64,000 nt of DNA from an uncultured Arcobacteraceae bacterium. Its GTDB lineage: Bacteria > Campylobacterota > Campylobacteria > Campylobacterales > Arcobacteraceae. The stretch covers positions 313,819 through 377,818 of the forward strand of contig CAXHZO010000002.1 in assembly GCA_964022095.1 (NCBI GenBank), written 5' to 3'. The notes below the pieces were generated by a model. It was not told the origin of the DNA. It worked only from the letters and a program-made list of their open reading frames with translations, and ran no database searches. The position numbers and the translations under genes were made by a program. Positions 19,358 to 29,648 of this stretch are shown here, in pieces (positions within the stretch are counted from its first letter, which is position 1; each line of letters starts with the position of its first letter).

Positions 19358-21280
19358 ATGACTAAAGTAGTATTTATATTTCTTCTGATTATTAATTCTT
19401 TATTTGCTCAAGAAAAGAAAAATATAGTACTGCAATTAAATTGGCTAAACCAATTTCAATTTGCTGGATATTATGTAGCAAAAGAAAAAGGCTTTTACAA
19501 AAATGTAGGTTTAAATGTAACAATAAATGAGCTTAAAACTAAAAAAGAGTTAGTAAATTTAGTAAAAGAAGGTAAAGCAGATTTTGCAGTTGGTCGTTCA
19601 TCACTTCTATTAAATAAAATTAATGGAGACGATATTATAGCAATTGCAGCAATATATCAAAGTTCCCCATTGATGTTACTTACAACAGATATTGAGAATA
19701 TTAAATCTATTGATGATTTTAAAAATAAAAAGATTATGATAACTCCAGATGCTGAATATACAGCATCAATTACAGCTATGCTTCATGCTAATAATATTAA
19801 ATATAACGACTTAGAAGTTTTAACACATAGCTTTAATATAGATGATTTAATAAATAAAAAAACTGATTTAATGGCAAGCTATATCTCAAATGAACCGGTT
19901 AAATTAGAACAAAAAGGTATTAGATATAATATCTTTCATCCAAAAAATTTTGGGTTTGATTTTTATAGTGACATTTTATTTACTTCATCAAAATTCATAA
20001 AAGAAAATCCTACGACAACATTAGATTTTTATAAAGCAACAATAAAAGGTTGGGAGTATGCATTTAAAAACAAAATTCAAACTGCTCAATTAATTTTTGA
20101 TAAATACAATACTCAAAATAAAACTCTATTAAGTTTAAAAAAAGAAGCTGATTTATTAGAAAAATTAGCTATTGACAAAAATGATAAAGAAATTGGTACT
20201 TTAGATGAAAAAAAACTACAAAGTATTTTAGATACATTTAAAGTTTTAGGATTGACTAAAAGTGATTTAGATTTTGATGATTTTATTTATGAAGAGAATA
20301 ATCATAAAACATTAATTTTTGAGCTTTCAAAAGAACAACAAATTCTAGTTTTAATGTTTATTATGTTTACCTTGACAATATTTTTAGTAATTCTATATTC
20401 TACAAAACAAATTTATAACAAAAGAGAACTACTTTCTTCTGTATTAAATTCAAGTGATGATTTAATTTTTTATAAAGACAAAAAACTTAGATATATAGGA
20501 TGTAATAAAGTTTTTGAAAAATTTGTAGAGTTACCTAAAGAAGTGTTAATGGGAAAAGATGACTTTGAAGTATTTGATAAAGAAACTGCAAATTTATTTC
20601 GAACTCATGATTTAAATGTATTAGATAAAAATAAACTTTTAGTTAATGATGAATGGTTAAATATAGATGGAAAATTAAGACTTTTTCAAACTAAAAAGAT
20701 GCCATTTAAATATAGTTCAAGCTCTGGAATAGGAATACTTGGAGTAAGTAGAGATATTACAGATCTTTATGAAATTCAGAAAAAACTTGAAGAACAAGCT
20801 ACTATTGATGATTTAACAAAAACATACAATAGAAAGCTTTTTAACGAAAGATTAGTTGAAAAAATAGAAATGTACAGAAGATATGATAGTATTTTTTGTA
20901 TTGCTATGTTAGACATAGATGATTTTAAGAATATAAATGACACTTATGGTCATGATGTTGGAGATAAAGTTTTAATAAACATCTGTAATATTATAAAAAA
21001 ACATATTAGAAATACAGATATGCTTTTTAGGGTTGGTGGTGAAGAGTTTGTCATTATTTATCCTAAAAATGTTCTAAAAGAAGCCTATATATCAACTGAA
21101 CATATTAGAAAAATGATTGAACAAAGTAGGATACTTGATAATATAAAAACTACAGTAAGTATTGGAGTAACTGAAGTTATTGAAAATGATGATGAAGATA
21201 CTATTTTTAAAAGAGCAGATGATTTAATGTATTACTCTAAAAATAATGGTAAAAATAGAACCTCTAGATCTATAAATTAG
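19358..21280 (+). CDS. Diguanylate cyclase with NMT1/THI5-type periplasmic binding domain and PAS
   Basis: LQLNWLNQFQFAGYYVAKEKGFY, TM, PAS, RVGGEEF. Confidence 0.9.
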   Translation: MTKVVFIFLLIINSLFAQEKKNIVLQLNWLNQFQFAGYYVAKEKGFYKNVGLNVTINELKTKKELVNLVKEGKADFAVGRSSLLLNKINGDDIIAIAAIYQSSPLMLLTTDIENIKSIDDFKNKKIMITPDAEYTASITAMLHANNIKYNDLEVLTHSFNIDDLINKKTDLMASYISNEPVKLEQKGIRYNIFHPKNFGFDFYSDILFTSSKFIKENPTTTLDFYKATIKGWEYAFKNKIQTAQLIFDKYNTQNKTLLSLKKEADLLEKLAIDKNDKEIGTLDEKKLQSILDTFKVLGLTKSDLDFDDFIYEENNHKTLIFELSKEQQILVLMFIMFTLTIFLVILYSTKQIYNKRELLSSVLNSSDDLIFYKDKKLRYIGCNKVFEKFVELPKEVLMGKDDFEVFDKETANLFRTHDLNVLDKNKLLVNDEWLNIDGKLRLFQTKKMPFKYSSSSGIGILGVSRDITDLYEIQKKLEEQATIDDLTKTYNRKLFNERLVEKIEMYRRYDSIFCIAMLDIDDFKNINDTYGHDVGDKVLINICNIIKKHIRNTDMLFRVGGEEFVIIYPKNVLKEAYISTEHIRKMIEQSRILDNIKTTVSIGVTEVIENDDEDTIFKRADDLMYYSKNNGKNRTSRSIN

Positions 21281-21364
21281 CTCTTTCATCTTTTTTATAG
21301 CTACACTTTAGTAATATAACAAAAATTTGAAATAATACGTAATAGAATATGAAAAGGAAAGAGT

Positions 21365-21997
21365 TTGAAAAAGAAAAGTCATATTAAAAAAATATCTGAT
21401 TATGCTATGGTAGGTGGACTTGGTGCCATATTAGTTACAGGGTTAGTAGGTTGTGATAATAAAGGCTCAAATAACCAACAACAAGGTCAAAGTGATGCTT
21501 TTACACAAGCTAGTCAAAAACAAGGTGCATTTGTAATTGTTGAAGAATCAGTTGATGGTCAATACAAAATTGCAGATGAGTTCCCTGCTTCAAAAACTAC
21601 AGTTGTTTTAAGAAAACCAGATAGAAGTGAAAGAATCTTAACTGAAGCAGAAATTCAAAAACTAGTAAAAGAAGAAGAAGCAAAAATTGATAATGGAACT
21701 TCAGCACTTACAAATCCAGAAATGTCTAATGGTGGAATGGGACTTGGTGGAGTTTTATTATCATCAATTGCTGGAGCTATGATTGGATCGTGGTTAGGAA
21801 ATAAATTATTCAACAATCAAAACTATCAAAATCAAAGAAAAACACAATATAAATCACCACAAACTTATAGTAGATCTCAAAATTCTTTTAGTAAAGCAAA
21901 AAGTTCTTCTACTAAATCTTCTGCTTCTAAAAGTAGTGGTTTTTTTGGTAAAAAATCATCTTCTAGTTCTTCTAGAAGCTCATTTTTTGGTGGGTAA
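21365..21997 (+). CDS. UPF0323 family lipoprotein
   Basis: LVGC lipobox, YKIADEFP, Ser-rich tail ending FGG; precedes GSP synthase. Confidence 0.85.
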   Translation: MKKKSHIKKISDYAMVGGLGAILVTGLVGCDNKGSNNQQQGQSDAFTQASQKQGAFVIVEESVDGQYKIADEFPASKTTVVLRKPDRSERILTEAEIQKLVKEEEAKIDNGTSALTNPEMSNGGMGLGGVLLSSIAGAMIGSWLGNKLFNNQNYQNQRKTQYKSPQTYSRSQNSFSKAKSSSTKSSASKSSGFFGKKSSSSSSRSSFFGG

Positions 21998-21999
21998 TT

Positions 22000-23178
22000 A
22001 TGGAACTATTAAAATTAAATCCATTAACTGATGAATACTTAGAGTCAATTGGCTTTGTATGGCATACAGATGAAGATAATACATCTTATGTGGCAAATGA
22101 AGTAGTTCAAATTAGTGAAGATGAAGCAAACGCTTTTTATGAAGCTACAAACGAACTTTATGATATGTTTTGTGAAGCTGGTGAGCATGTTATTGAAAAT
22201 GATTTGTTTCATGAAATAAATATTCCTTTTAACTTAGTTGATCTTATTAAAGAGTCTTGGGAAAATGATGTTCATTGGCACTTATATTCAAGATTTGATT
22301 TAGCTGGTGGAATCGATGGAAAACCAATAAAACTAATAGAGTTTAATGCTGATACTCCAACATCACTTTTTGAAACAGCAATAATACAATGGGCTATGTT
22401 AAAAGCAAATGGATTAGATGAAGCTAGCCAGTTTAATAATTTATATGATGCATTAAAAGATAATTTTAAAAGAATAATCACTCTTGATAGTGAAATAGAA
22501 AAGTTTGAAGAGTATTACAAAGAGTTAGGTTGGAAAATACTATTTACATCTATTAGTGGTTCAAGTGAAGATGAAAATACAACAAAACTTCTTCAGCATA
22601 TTGCAACTGAAGCTGGATTTAACACTGATTTTGAATTTATTGATAAAGTAAACTTCAGCGATGAAGGAATTTTCAAAGATGACGAGTTATATGAGTTTTG
22701 GTTTAAACTTATTCCTTGGGAAGATATTGGTATTGATGAGGGTGAGTTAGCTCTTATTTTAACTGAAATTATCAAAGAGAAAAAAGGAATTATTTTTAAT
22801 CCTGCATATACTTTAATGTTCCAATCAAAAGGTTTCATGAAAATACTTTGGGATTTATATCCAAATCACCCACTACTTTTAGAAACATCTTTTGAGCCAT
22901 TAGAGGGTAAAAAACAAGTTGAAAAAAGATGTTTTGGACGAGAAGGTGCTAATACAAAAATTTTAAATGAAGATGGAAGTGTTGATGTGGAAACTCAAGG
23001 TGATTATGAAGGTCATAAAGCTATCTATCAAGAGTATGTAGAACTTCCTACTGATAGTTTAGGGAATTCATATCAAGCTGGAGTTTTCTATGCCTATGAA
23101 GCAGCTGGATTAGGTTTTAGAAGAGGTGAAAAGATCTTAAATAATATGTCTAAATTTGTAGGACACATCGTAAAATAA
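22000..23178 (+). CDS. Glutathionylspermidine synthase family ATP-grasp ligase
   Basis: RFDL, EFNADTPTSL, FKLIPWE, GREGAN. Confidence 0.92.
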   Translation: MELLKLNPLTDEYLESIGFVWHTDEDNTSYVANEVVQISEDEANAFYEATNELYDMFCEAGEHVIENDLFHEINIPFNLVDLIKESWENDVHWHLYSRFDLAGGIDGKPIKLIEFNADTPTSLFETAIIQWAMLKANGLDEASQFNNLYDALKDNFKRIITLDSEIEKFEEYYKELGWKILFTSISGSSEDENTTKLLQHIATEAGFNTDFEFIDKVNFSDEGIFKDDELYEFWFKLIPWEDIGIDEGELALILTEIIKEKKGIIFNPAYTLMFQSKGFMKILWDLYPNHPLLLETSFEPLEGKKQVEKRCFGREGANTKILNEDGSVDVETQGDYEGHKAIYQEYVELPTDSLGNSYQAGVFYAYEAAGLGFRRGEKILNNMSKFVGHIVK

Positions 23179-23202
23179 ATAGGTAAAGTTTTACCTATTT
23201 AT
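23174..23202 (+). terminator. Hairpin terminator after GSP synthase
   Basis: AATAAATAGGTAAA / TTTACCTATTTATT inverted repeat. Confidence 0.55.
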
Positions 23203-23291
23203 TCTCTATTTCTTCACGTATATTAAGTTGTTCATATAAATTAAGTAATAATTAGGTACATTATCTTTTTTAATTATCTACAAGGAAATAT

Positions 23292-24956
23292 ATGAAAAAT
23301 TATATACAAAAACTAATTTTAGTTTTTCTTACAATATTCTTTTTTGCTGGTTGTACAATAAATACAACAGTAAAAGGAAAAGTTACTTCAGGTGAAGGTC
23401 AAACAATAGCAGGTGCAAATGTTATGTTATCATATGATGACAAAGCATTTGAAGTTACTACAAATCAGAAAGGTAATTACACATTAAATGTAGATTTACC
23501 AATTACACAAAAAACTAAGTTTACTGTATCACAAAATGGATATATAACATCAGAAAATACTACTTTAATATCATACTCGTATTTAAATAAAATATTTACA
23601 TATGATGTAGTTTTGTTATCAGATAAACCAGAAGTTATTACAGAATATGGTTCTATCTCAGGTAGTATCAAAGATATAAGCGGGAATATTCTTACTGATG
23701 CATCTATAATAATAGGTTCACAAACTATTAAAAGTGATGCAGAAGGTAAGTATACTATTACAAATATCGCAATAGGTGATAATATTCCTGTTACAGTTGA
23801 AAAAGATGGGTACGCGCAAAATGCAAATGTAATCAATGTAAAAAAAGATGAAAATTCTAAATTGGATTTTATTTTAGTAGAATATGATGTAGTAACTACA
23901 TTTGATTCAACAATAGATAAAAGTATTGATGTTAAAAATGCAAATGTAAGTTTTACTGCTAATTCATTTGTAGATTCTAATGGAAATGATTATAGTGGTA
24001 ATATTACAATTGAAGCTACATTTAATCATCCTTCAAGTTATGCAGGTCAAGTTTCTTTCCCTGGTAGATATGAAGGAACAAGAACAGACGGAAGTAGTAC
24101 TTTACTTATTTCATATGGGTTTTTTAATATTGAATTGAAAGATGATTTAGGGAATAAATTAAATCTAAAAGATGGAGCATTAGCAACTCTTACTTATCCA
24201 TCAATTAAAGGATTAAATCATAATTATGAATCTATTCCATTATGGTACTATGATACTGAAAAAGGTGACTGGATTGAAGAAGGGTTAGCTACTTATGATA
24301 TCAATACACAAATATATACTGGAACAGTTTCTCATTTTACACCATGGAATCTAGATTATCCAGTCCAACCAAATGCAACTATTAAGGGCAGAATTGTAGA
24401 TATTAATGGTAATCCTCTTTCAGGTAGAGCTGTGAAGGCATATGGTCCAAGTTTAGGCTTTTATAGAGTTGGATGGCCTAACTCAAATGGTGAGTTTGAG
24501 ATAAATCTTACAGCGGGCTCTGATTTTAAGATTCAAGCGCAACATCAATTATATTTTACAACTGTTGAGCAAACTGCATTAGCAGTAAATGAAGTAAGAA
24601 CATTATCAGAAGATATAGTTATAGATTATGATGAAAGTTTACAAAGAACAATTAATATAAAAGCTAATTTTTTAATAAAAGACAACGAGGGGAATTATTA
24701 TGATACATCTGATTTACGTTCAACTATAATAGTTAATAATCAGTATAAGTATGGAACAGGTTCTAATATTACTCAAGTTGGTTATGAAATCCCAATTAAT
24801 GAAGCTAGAGGTATTTCAATAAAATTTACTCAAGGAGAATATACATACGTAAGTACTATCTCTGCGAATTCTATTCCTGCTGGTTACATAGGTGAAACTT
24901 TTGATATAGGAACAATTATTCTTCAAAAGGAACTGTTTCAATTAATTTATTATTAA
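23292..24956 (+). CDS. Surface lipoprotein with repeated carboxypeptidase-regulatory-like beta domains
   Basis: FAGC lipobox; repeated 'G.V.D..G..L.GA.V' units; IPLWYYD...WIEEG and VSHFTPWNLD module. Confidence 0.75.
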   Translation: MKNYIQKLILVFLTIFFFAGCTINTTVKGKVTSGEGQTIAGANVMLSYDDKAFEVTTNQKGNYTLNVDLPITQKTKFTVSQNGYITSENTTLISYSYLNKIFTYDVVLLSDKPEVITEYGSISGSIKDISGNILTDASIIIGSQTIKSDAEGKYTITNIAIGDNIPVTVEKDGYAQNANVINVKKDENSKLDFILVEYDVVTTFDSTIDKSIDVKNANVSFTANSFVDSNGNDYSGNITIEATFNHPSSYAGQVSFPGRYEGTRTDGSSTLLISYGFFNIELKDDLGNKLNLKDGALATLTYPSIKGLNHNYESIPLWYYDTEKGDWIEEGLATYDINTQIYTGTVSHFTPWNLDYPVQPNATIKGRIVDINGNPLSGRAVKAYGPSLGFYRVGWPNSNGEFEINLTAGSDFKIQAQHQLYFTTVEQTALAVNEVRTLSEDIVIDYDESLQRTINIKANFLIKDNEGNYYDTSDLRSTIIVNNQYKYGTGSNITQVGYEIPINEARGISIKFTQGEYTYVSTISANSIPAGYIGETFDIGTIILQKELFQLIYY

Positions 24957-24957
24957 A

Positions 24958-24989
24958 AAGATAATCCAGGTTAAGCTTGGATTATCTTT
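24958..24989. terminator. Bidirectional terminator
   Basis: AAGATAATCCAGG / CTTGGATTATCTT inverted repeat between convergent genes. Confidence 0.6.
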
Positions 24990-25045
24990 CTCTATTAAAG
25001 GACATTAATGTTGAATATAAAAAAACTTACTTAATTTTATTTAGT

Positions 25046-25243
25046 TTACTTTACTCTTTGAGACCGTCCAAATACTAAATACAAAATTGCACCAAGTACT
25101 GGCAAGCATAAAAGAACTACAATCCATATAATTTTATTATATCCTGTAAACTCATTCCTTAAAATATCTATGAGAACATAGATAAACAGTACAAATCCAA
25201 ATAGTAAAAATACTAAACTAAATAATCCACCAATTAATTCCAT
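25046..25243 (-). CDS. PLDc N-terminal domain small membrane protein
   Basis: K..W....L.LP.LGAILYL.FGR pattern. Confidence 0.8.
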   Translation of the reverse strand: MELIGGLFSLVFLLFGFVLFIYVLIDILRNEFTGYNKIIWIVVLLCLPVLGAILYLVFGRSQRVK

Positions 25244-26193
25244 TATTTTTCCTTAAAACTATTAATATATTCGTCCATTAATGTAAAATCTACATCATTA
25301 AACTCGATTTCTAAATTCATTAAATATAAATTATCTAAACTATATCTATCTAATTTTACCAAGTCTTTTGATGTAGTAATAAAACTATAATCTTTATACT
25401 GTTTTTTAATACTATTAATCTCTTCAATCGTAAAATTATGATGATCAGGAAAGCTTACCATCTTAGTATTTTTTGGTAAAAACTCTAAAAGTCTTTTTGG
25501 CTTAGATATTGCAGTTAATAAAACAAGTTTATTAGGTAAGATTTCTATCTTTTTTGAATCTTTTTTAAAAGTAATAATTCTTTTAAAATCTTTGTTCTCT
25601 TTTAATTCAATATCAGCTTGTGCATAAAAACCTTTTGGCTCTCTATATCCACCACTTGGTAAGCAAAAAATATTCTCAGGTTCATTTTTCGGTCTTAAAA
25701 GTATATTGAATTTTGAAATATGATATTTTGAAAAACCATCATCTAAAAAAACTATTTTACAAGCTAACTCTTTGGCTTTTAAAATAGCTTTTACTCTATC
25801 TTCACTTACGATTACTGTACTATTTGGCAACGCTTTAGCTAATAGCATAGCTTCATCACCACTAACATTAACATCTTCTAATATTTTATTATTATGTGAA
25901 ATTACAAAAAGACCTTTTGATTGACGTCCATAACCTCTTAAAATAATACATGAGTTTTCATATTTTGAAGCTAACTTTATAGCAACTGGTGTTTTACCAC
26001 TACCACCAACTATAATATTTCCCACAGAAATTATAGGTATTCCAAACTCTATTGGTTTAGCCATTGCTCTTTTTGTAAGTATTATTAGCATGTAAAGAAA
26101 AGTAAAGGGAATAAGAAAAAAAGATATAACTTTTTGTAAAAAGTTTGGAAAGAAGAGATAATCTTCTATCCATAAGTGAAGTTTTGAATTCAC
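25243..26193 (-). CDS. lpxK: Tetraacyldisaccharide 4'-kinase
   Basis: SVGNIIVGGSGKTP, LRGYG, GDEA, LDDGF, FPDHH. Confidence 0.93.
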   Translation of the reverse strand: MNSKLHLWIEDYLFFPNFLQKVISFFLIPFTFLYMLIILTKRAMAKPIEFGIPIISVGNIIVGGSGKTPVAIKLASKYENSCIILRGYGRQSKGLFVISHNNKILEDVNVSGDEAMLLAKALPNSTVIVSEDRVKAILKAKELACKIVFLDDGFSKYHISKFNILLRPKNEPENIFCLPSGGYREPKGFYAQADIELKENKDFKRIITFKKDSKKIEILPNKLVLLTAISKPKRLLEFLPKNTKMVSFPDHHNFTIEEINSIKKQYKDYSFITTSKDLVKLDRYSLDNLYLMNLEIEFNDVDFTLMDEYINSFKEK

Positions 26194-26199
26194 TTTAAA

Positions 26200-27354
26200 C
26201 TATATCCATTCAGATGCAACATCAATAATTTGGTCACAAACATAGTTAACCTCTTCATCTGATAAACTTGCATAAATTGGAAGGGATAAAATTTGTTGAT
26301 AATTATTTAAAGCATTAGGGAATGCAGTAATCTTTATCGAATATTTTGTTTTGTAATATGATAAAAGGTGTAAAGGAATATAATTTAAACCTGTTGCAAC
26401 CCCTCTTTCTTTTAGTGCTCTAGCAAATGCATCTCTATTTCTTGATACTTTAATAATAAACTGTGTAAATACATTCTCTTCAATGTGAGGAGGAATTTCT
26501 ATATGCTTTACAGTACTTAATCTTTTTGTGTAAATAGCTGCTACTTCTTTTCTTCTTTTAACAAACTTTTCTGTCTTGTTAAGCTGAGCTAAGGCATATG
26601 CTGCATCAAGTTCTGATAAATCATACTTATGTCCAATATCAACTACATCGTATACATAATCTAAGTTTCCGTAATTATCGTATGTTGTTGTTAAAGCATG
26701 AGTTCTAAGTAATTTTGCTCGTGCTGCAATATCATCATTATTTGTAACAATAATACCACTTCTAGAAATAGCATATTTTGAGTTAGATGGGTTTGTTGAG
26801 AATATAGTCATATCCGCTCTTAAGTTACCTACCATTTTTCCATGATAAGTAGCTCCTAATGATGATCTACAATCTTCAATTAAAATGATCCCATATTTTT
26901 CAACAATATCATATAATCTATCTAAATCAGGTGTTTGACCACCAACAAAAGTAATAATTGCACCTCTTAGTTTTTTTGATTTGTTTTCTTCTAAAACTTT
27001 TTCAAATTTATCTAAATCAATATTCATATCATCTAAATTGATATCTACAAATATAGGTTCAGCATCAAAGTGTCTTACACATTCTGGTAAGTTAACAAAA
27101 GAGTTTACTGACATTAAAATCTTATCACCTCTTTTTAATTTTATAGCACTTAAAGCCAAATGAATAGCTGCAGTTGATGTTGCTGTTGCAACTGCATGAT
27201 TAGCTCCAATAAATTTTTGCATACTATCTTCAAATTCAATAACTTTTGATAAGTCATCTTTTGAATTTAATACTTCTCTTAATTGATTTAATTCATCATT
27301 ATCTACTGCGGCTCTAAATATTGGTATATTTTTAGTCATATTTTTTAATTCCAT
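26200..27354 (-). CDS. DegT/DnrJ/EryC1/StrS family aminotransferase-like protein
   Basis: Overall DegT pattern (IED, G.KY, LSLPIY) with divergent PLP-site motifs. Confidence 0.85.
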   Translation of the reverse strand: MELKNMTKNIPIFRAAVDNDELNQLREVLNSKDDLSKVIEFEDSMQKFIGANHAVATATSTAAIHLALSAIKLKRGDKILMSVNSFVNLPECVRHFDAEPIFVDINLDDMNIDLDKFEKVLEENKSKKLRGAIITFVGGQTPDLDRLYDIVEKYGIILIEDCRSSLGATYHGKMVGNLRADMTIFSTNPSNSKYAISRSGIIVTNNDDIAARAKLLRTHALTTTYDNYGNLDYVYDVVDIGHKYDLSELDAAYALAQLNKTEKFVKRRKEVAAIYTKRLSTVKHIEIPPHIEENVFTQFIIKVSRNRDAFARALKERGVATGLNYIPLHLLSYYKTKYSIKITAFPNALNNYQQILSLPIYASLSDEEVNYVCDQIIDVASEWI

Positions 27355-28106
27355 TTAATATTTGCAATTGTAGGTAGTTTACCTTTAAATGCATTAGCTT
27401 TTATTCTATAATCTAATAAATCAATTAATTCTTCTTCAAATCCAAGAGCAATTAATTCATCTTTTGATTTTCCTTCATCGATCATAACTTTAAGAACATC
27501 ATCCATATGCTTATATGAATATCCAAGCTCTTCTTCATCACTTTGACCTTCCCATAAATCAGCACTTGGTGGCTTATTTAAAATTGAATCAGGAACACCT
27601 AATGTTCTTGCAAAATCAAACTCATCACTTTTGTACATTTCACCAATTGGATTAATAGCACAAGCAATATCTCCAAATATAGTTCCATATCCTAAAAGAA
27701 TTTCACTTTTGTTTGATGTACCTACTACAATTGATTTTTCTCTTGATGATACATCATAAAGTACTGACATTCTCATTCTTGCACTAAAGTTACCAATTCT
27801 TAGTTTATCTTCATCCATATTTTCTATAAATGCACTAACCATTGGTTCAATTGGTATAATTTCATATTTAATATCAAATTTTTCACAAACTTCAATTGCA
27901 TCTTCAGTAGAGCTTAATGATGAAAATTGTGAAGGCATAAGTACACAGTTTAACTTATCCCCAAATGCTTCCTTACAAAGTATTGCTACAACAGCTGAAT
28001 CTAATCCACCTGATAATCCAACAGTAACTTTTTCAAGACCTGTTTTTTTTACTTCATCTTTTAAAAATGTAATTAATTGTTCTTTAATCTCATCCCATTT
28101 TATCAC
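27345..28106 (-). CDS. nadE: NH3-dependent NAD+ synthetase
   Basis: GLSGGLDSA, GTSNKSE, PSADLWEGQSDEEELG. Confidence 0.96.
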   Translation of the reverse strand: MIKWDEIKEQLITFLKDEVKKTGLEKVTVGLSGGLDSAVVAILCKEAFGDKLNCVLMPSQFSSLSSTEDAIEVCEKFDIKYEIIPIEPMVSAFIENMDEDKLRIGNFSARMRMSVLYDVSSREKSIVVGTSNKSEILLGYGTIFGDIACAINPIGEMYKSDEFDFARTLGVPDSILNKPPSADLWEGQSDEEELGYSYKHMDDVLKVMIDEGKSKDELIALGFEEELIDLLDYRIKANAFKGKLPTIANIKWN

Positions 28107-28127
28107 TTTTTATCCTTTGTAAAATTA

Positions 28128-28340
28128 TTATAACTCATCTTTTTTTGTTTTTTCATAAATTTCATCTAAATAATTATTATTAGTTTCAAAAATAGTGTCT
28201 TTTTTAAGTTTCAACTTATTTTTAATCTCATTTAACTCTTCTTCATCAAAATAGTTTAAGTAATTAGGATTAATTTCAATTGTCTCTTCAGGGTTAGTTT
28301 TTATTAACTCTTTAATTTGTTTTATTAATTCTTCTTTCAT
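28128..28340 (-). CDS. Hypothetical protein
   Basis: Translationally coupled within the operon. Confidence 0.6.
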   Translation of the reverse strand: MKEELIKQIKELIKTNPEETIEINPNYLNYFDEEELNEIKNKLKLKKDTIFETNNNYLDEIYEKTKKDEL

Positions 28341-28573
28341 TAAGACTCTTTATTAAATTTATTTAAAATCTCTTCTAAATATAATTCCATTTTTTCTACA
28401 CCAATATCACTATCCTCATTTTTACATGATTTACAACATGTCCCTGCATCTGTAATTTCACCTAAATCTTCTAAAGTTTTAGCATCTTTTTCTTTAATTG
28501 CATAGATAAGTTCTCCTAGTGTAACATGTTTACAAGTGCAAACTTCGTATGAATGTGGAAAGTTTCTAGCCAT
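28340..28573 (-). CDS. BFD-like [2Fe-2S] protein
   Basis: VCTC...AGTCCKSC. Confidence 0.85.
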   Translation of the reverse strand: MARNFPHSYEVCTCKHVTLGELIYAIKEKDAKTLEDLGEITDAGTCCKSCKNEDSDIGVEKMELYLEEILNKFNKES

Positions 28574-28802
28574 TTATTTCCTTTTTATACTCATTTAATA
28601 TTTGTTTACAGTAAATTTTCTTTTTAATTTTACCTAAATCACCTTCAGGAAATATGCAGTGTCTGCATTCAGTTCCTGCTGTTGTAAGCTCTTGTATATC
28701 ACTTAATGATACATCTGTATTGTTTGATATACAATCTTTAATCTCTTTTAATGTAACTTTTTTACAATTACATACTTCATATGTATCTTCAAAACCTAGC
28801 AA
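28566..28802 (-). CDS. BFD-like [2Fe-2S] protein
   Basis: VCNC...AGTECRHC. Confidence 0.8.
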   Translation of the reverse strand: MLGFEDTYEVCNCKKVTLKEIKDCISNNTDVSLSDIQELTTAGTECRHCIFPEGDLGKIKKKIYCKQILNEYKKEING

Positions 28803-29558
28803 CTATAAACCTTTTTCTTTCTTGATCAATTCATATGCTTCGTTTATTTCTTGAAGTTTTGTAGTTGCTTCATCAATTATATTCTGACTAGCCCCCTGCC
28901 CTGAAACTATATCTGGATGATGTTTTTTTACTAAACTTCTATATTTTTTCTTTAAAACATTTGCATCATCATTTGGTGTTGCTTCAAGTATTTCATATGC
29001 TTTTTCTAGATTTAATGCATTATTGTTAGCTTGTTGTGCATAAAATGCTTCAAAATTGCTAACAATATTTTCAAAGTCTACATGTTTGATTTTTAGTGCG
29101 TTTGAAATATCTTCACAAATCATTTTCTCTGCATTTGAAAACTCTTTATCAATAAATGCTAAATTTAATAAATATTCTAATATTTTTGTTCTTTTTGCGT
29201 AGTCAAATTTTGTTAGACTATAAAGTTTATTACATACATCCATAGTATTTTCAAAACTTTTTTTCTCATGTGTATATAAATCTTTTAATCTATCTCTTAT
29301 CTCATCACTGTTTTCAAAATGACTTGAAATATCAGTAAAAGTATGTTTTAAAAGTTCTGCTTCAAGCTCACAAACTTGACCATCCGCTTTTGCAACTTTT
29401 GCCATTAAAGCTACTAATAGACCTGCTTCATGATTCATTAAATCACCTTCAAATCTCTCTTTTACTTTTAAATTTATATTTTTAAATCTTTCTGTTTTGT
29501 AATTTCTTGCAATAAAAAATAGTATCACCCCAATTACAAGTAGAACTAATAACTTCAT
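28803..29558 (-). CDS. djlA: DjlA-like co-chaperone (TerB plus J domain)
   Basis: N-terminal TM, AKADG, C-terminal HPD J-domain. Confidence 0.85.
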   Translation of the reverse strand: MKLLVLLVIGVILFFIARNYKTERFKNINLKVKERFEGDLMNHEAGLLVALMAKVAKADGQVCELEAELLKHTFTDISSHFENSDEIRDRLKDLYTHEKKSFENTMDVCNKLYSLTKFDYAKRTKILEYLLNLAFIDKEFSNAEKMICEDISNALKIKHVDFENIVSNFEAFYAQQANNNALNLEKAYEILEATPNDDANVLKKKYRSLVKKHHPDIVSGQGASQNIIDEATTKLQEINEAYELIKKEKGL

Positions 29559-29648
29559 TTTTTCCCTTAATTGCTAATTTCAATTTTGTTGAATTTTAAC
29601 AAAATTTAGGTAAAATCTTATCTTTTAATACAGATATTGGAGATATAT

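Noticed and set aside
21365-23178. Lipoprotein plus GSP-synthase pair as a novel system
   Set aside because: This is a well-known conserved pair in Campylobacterota.
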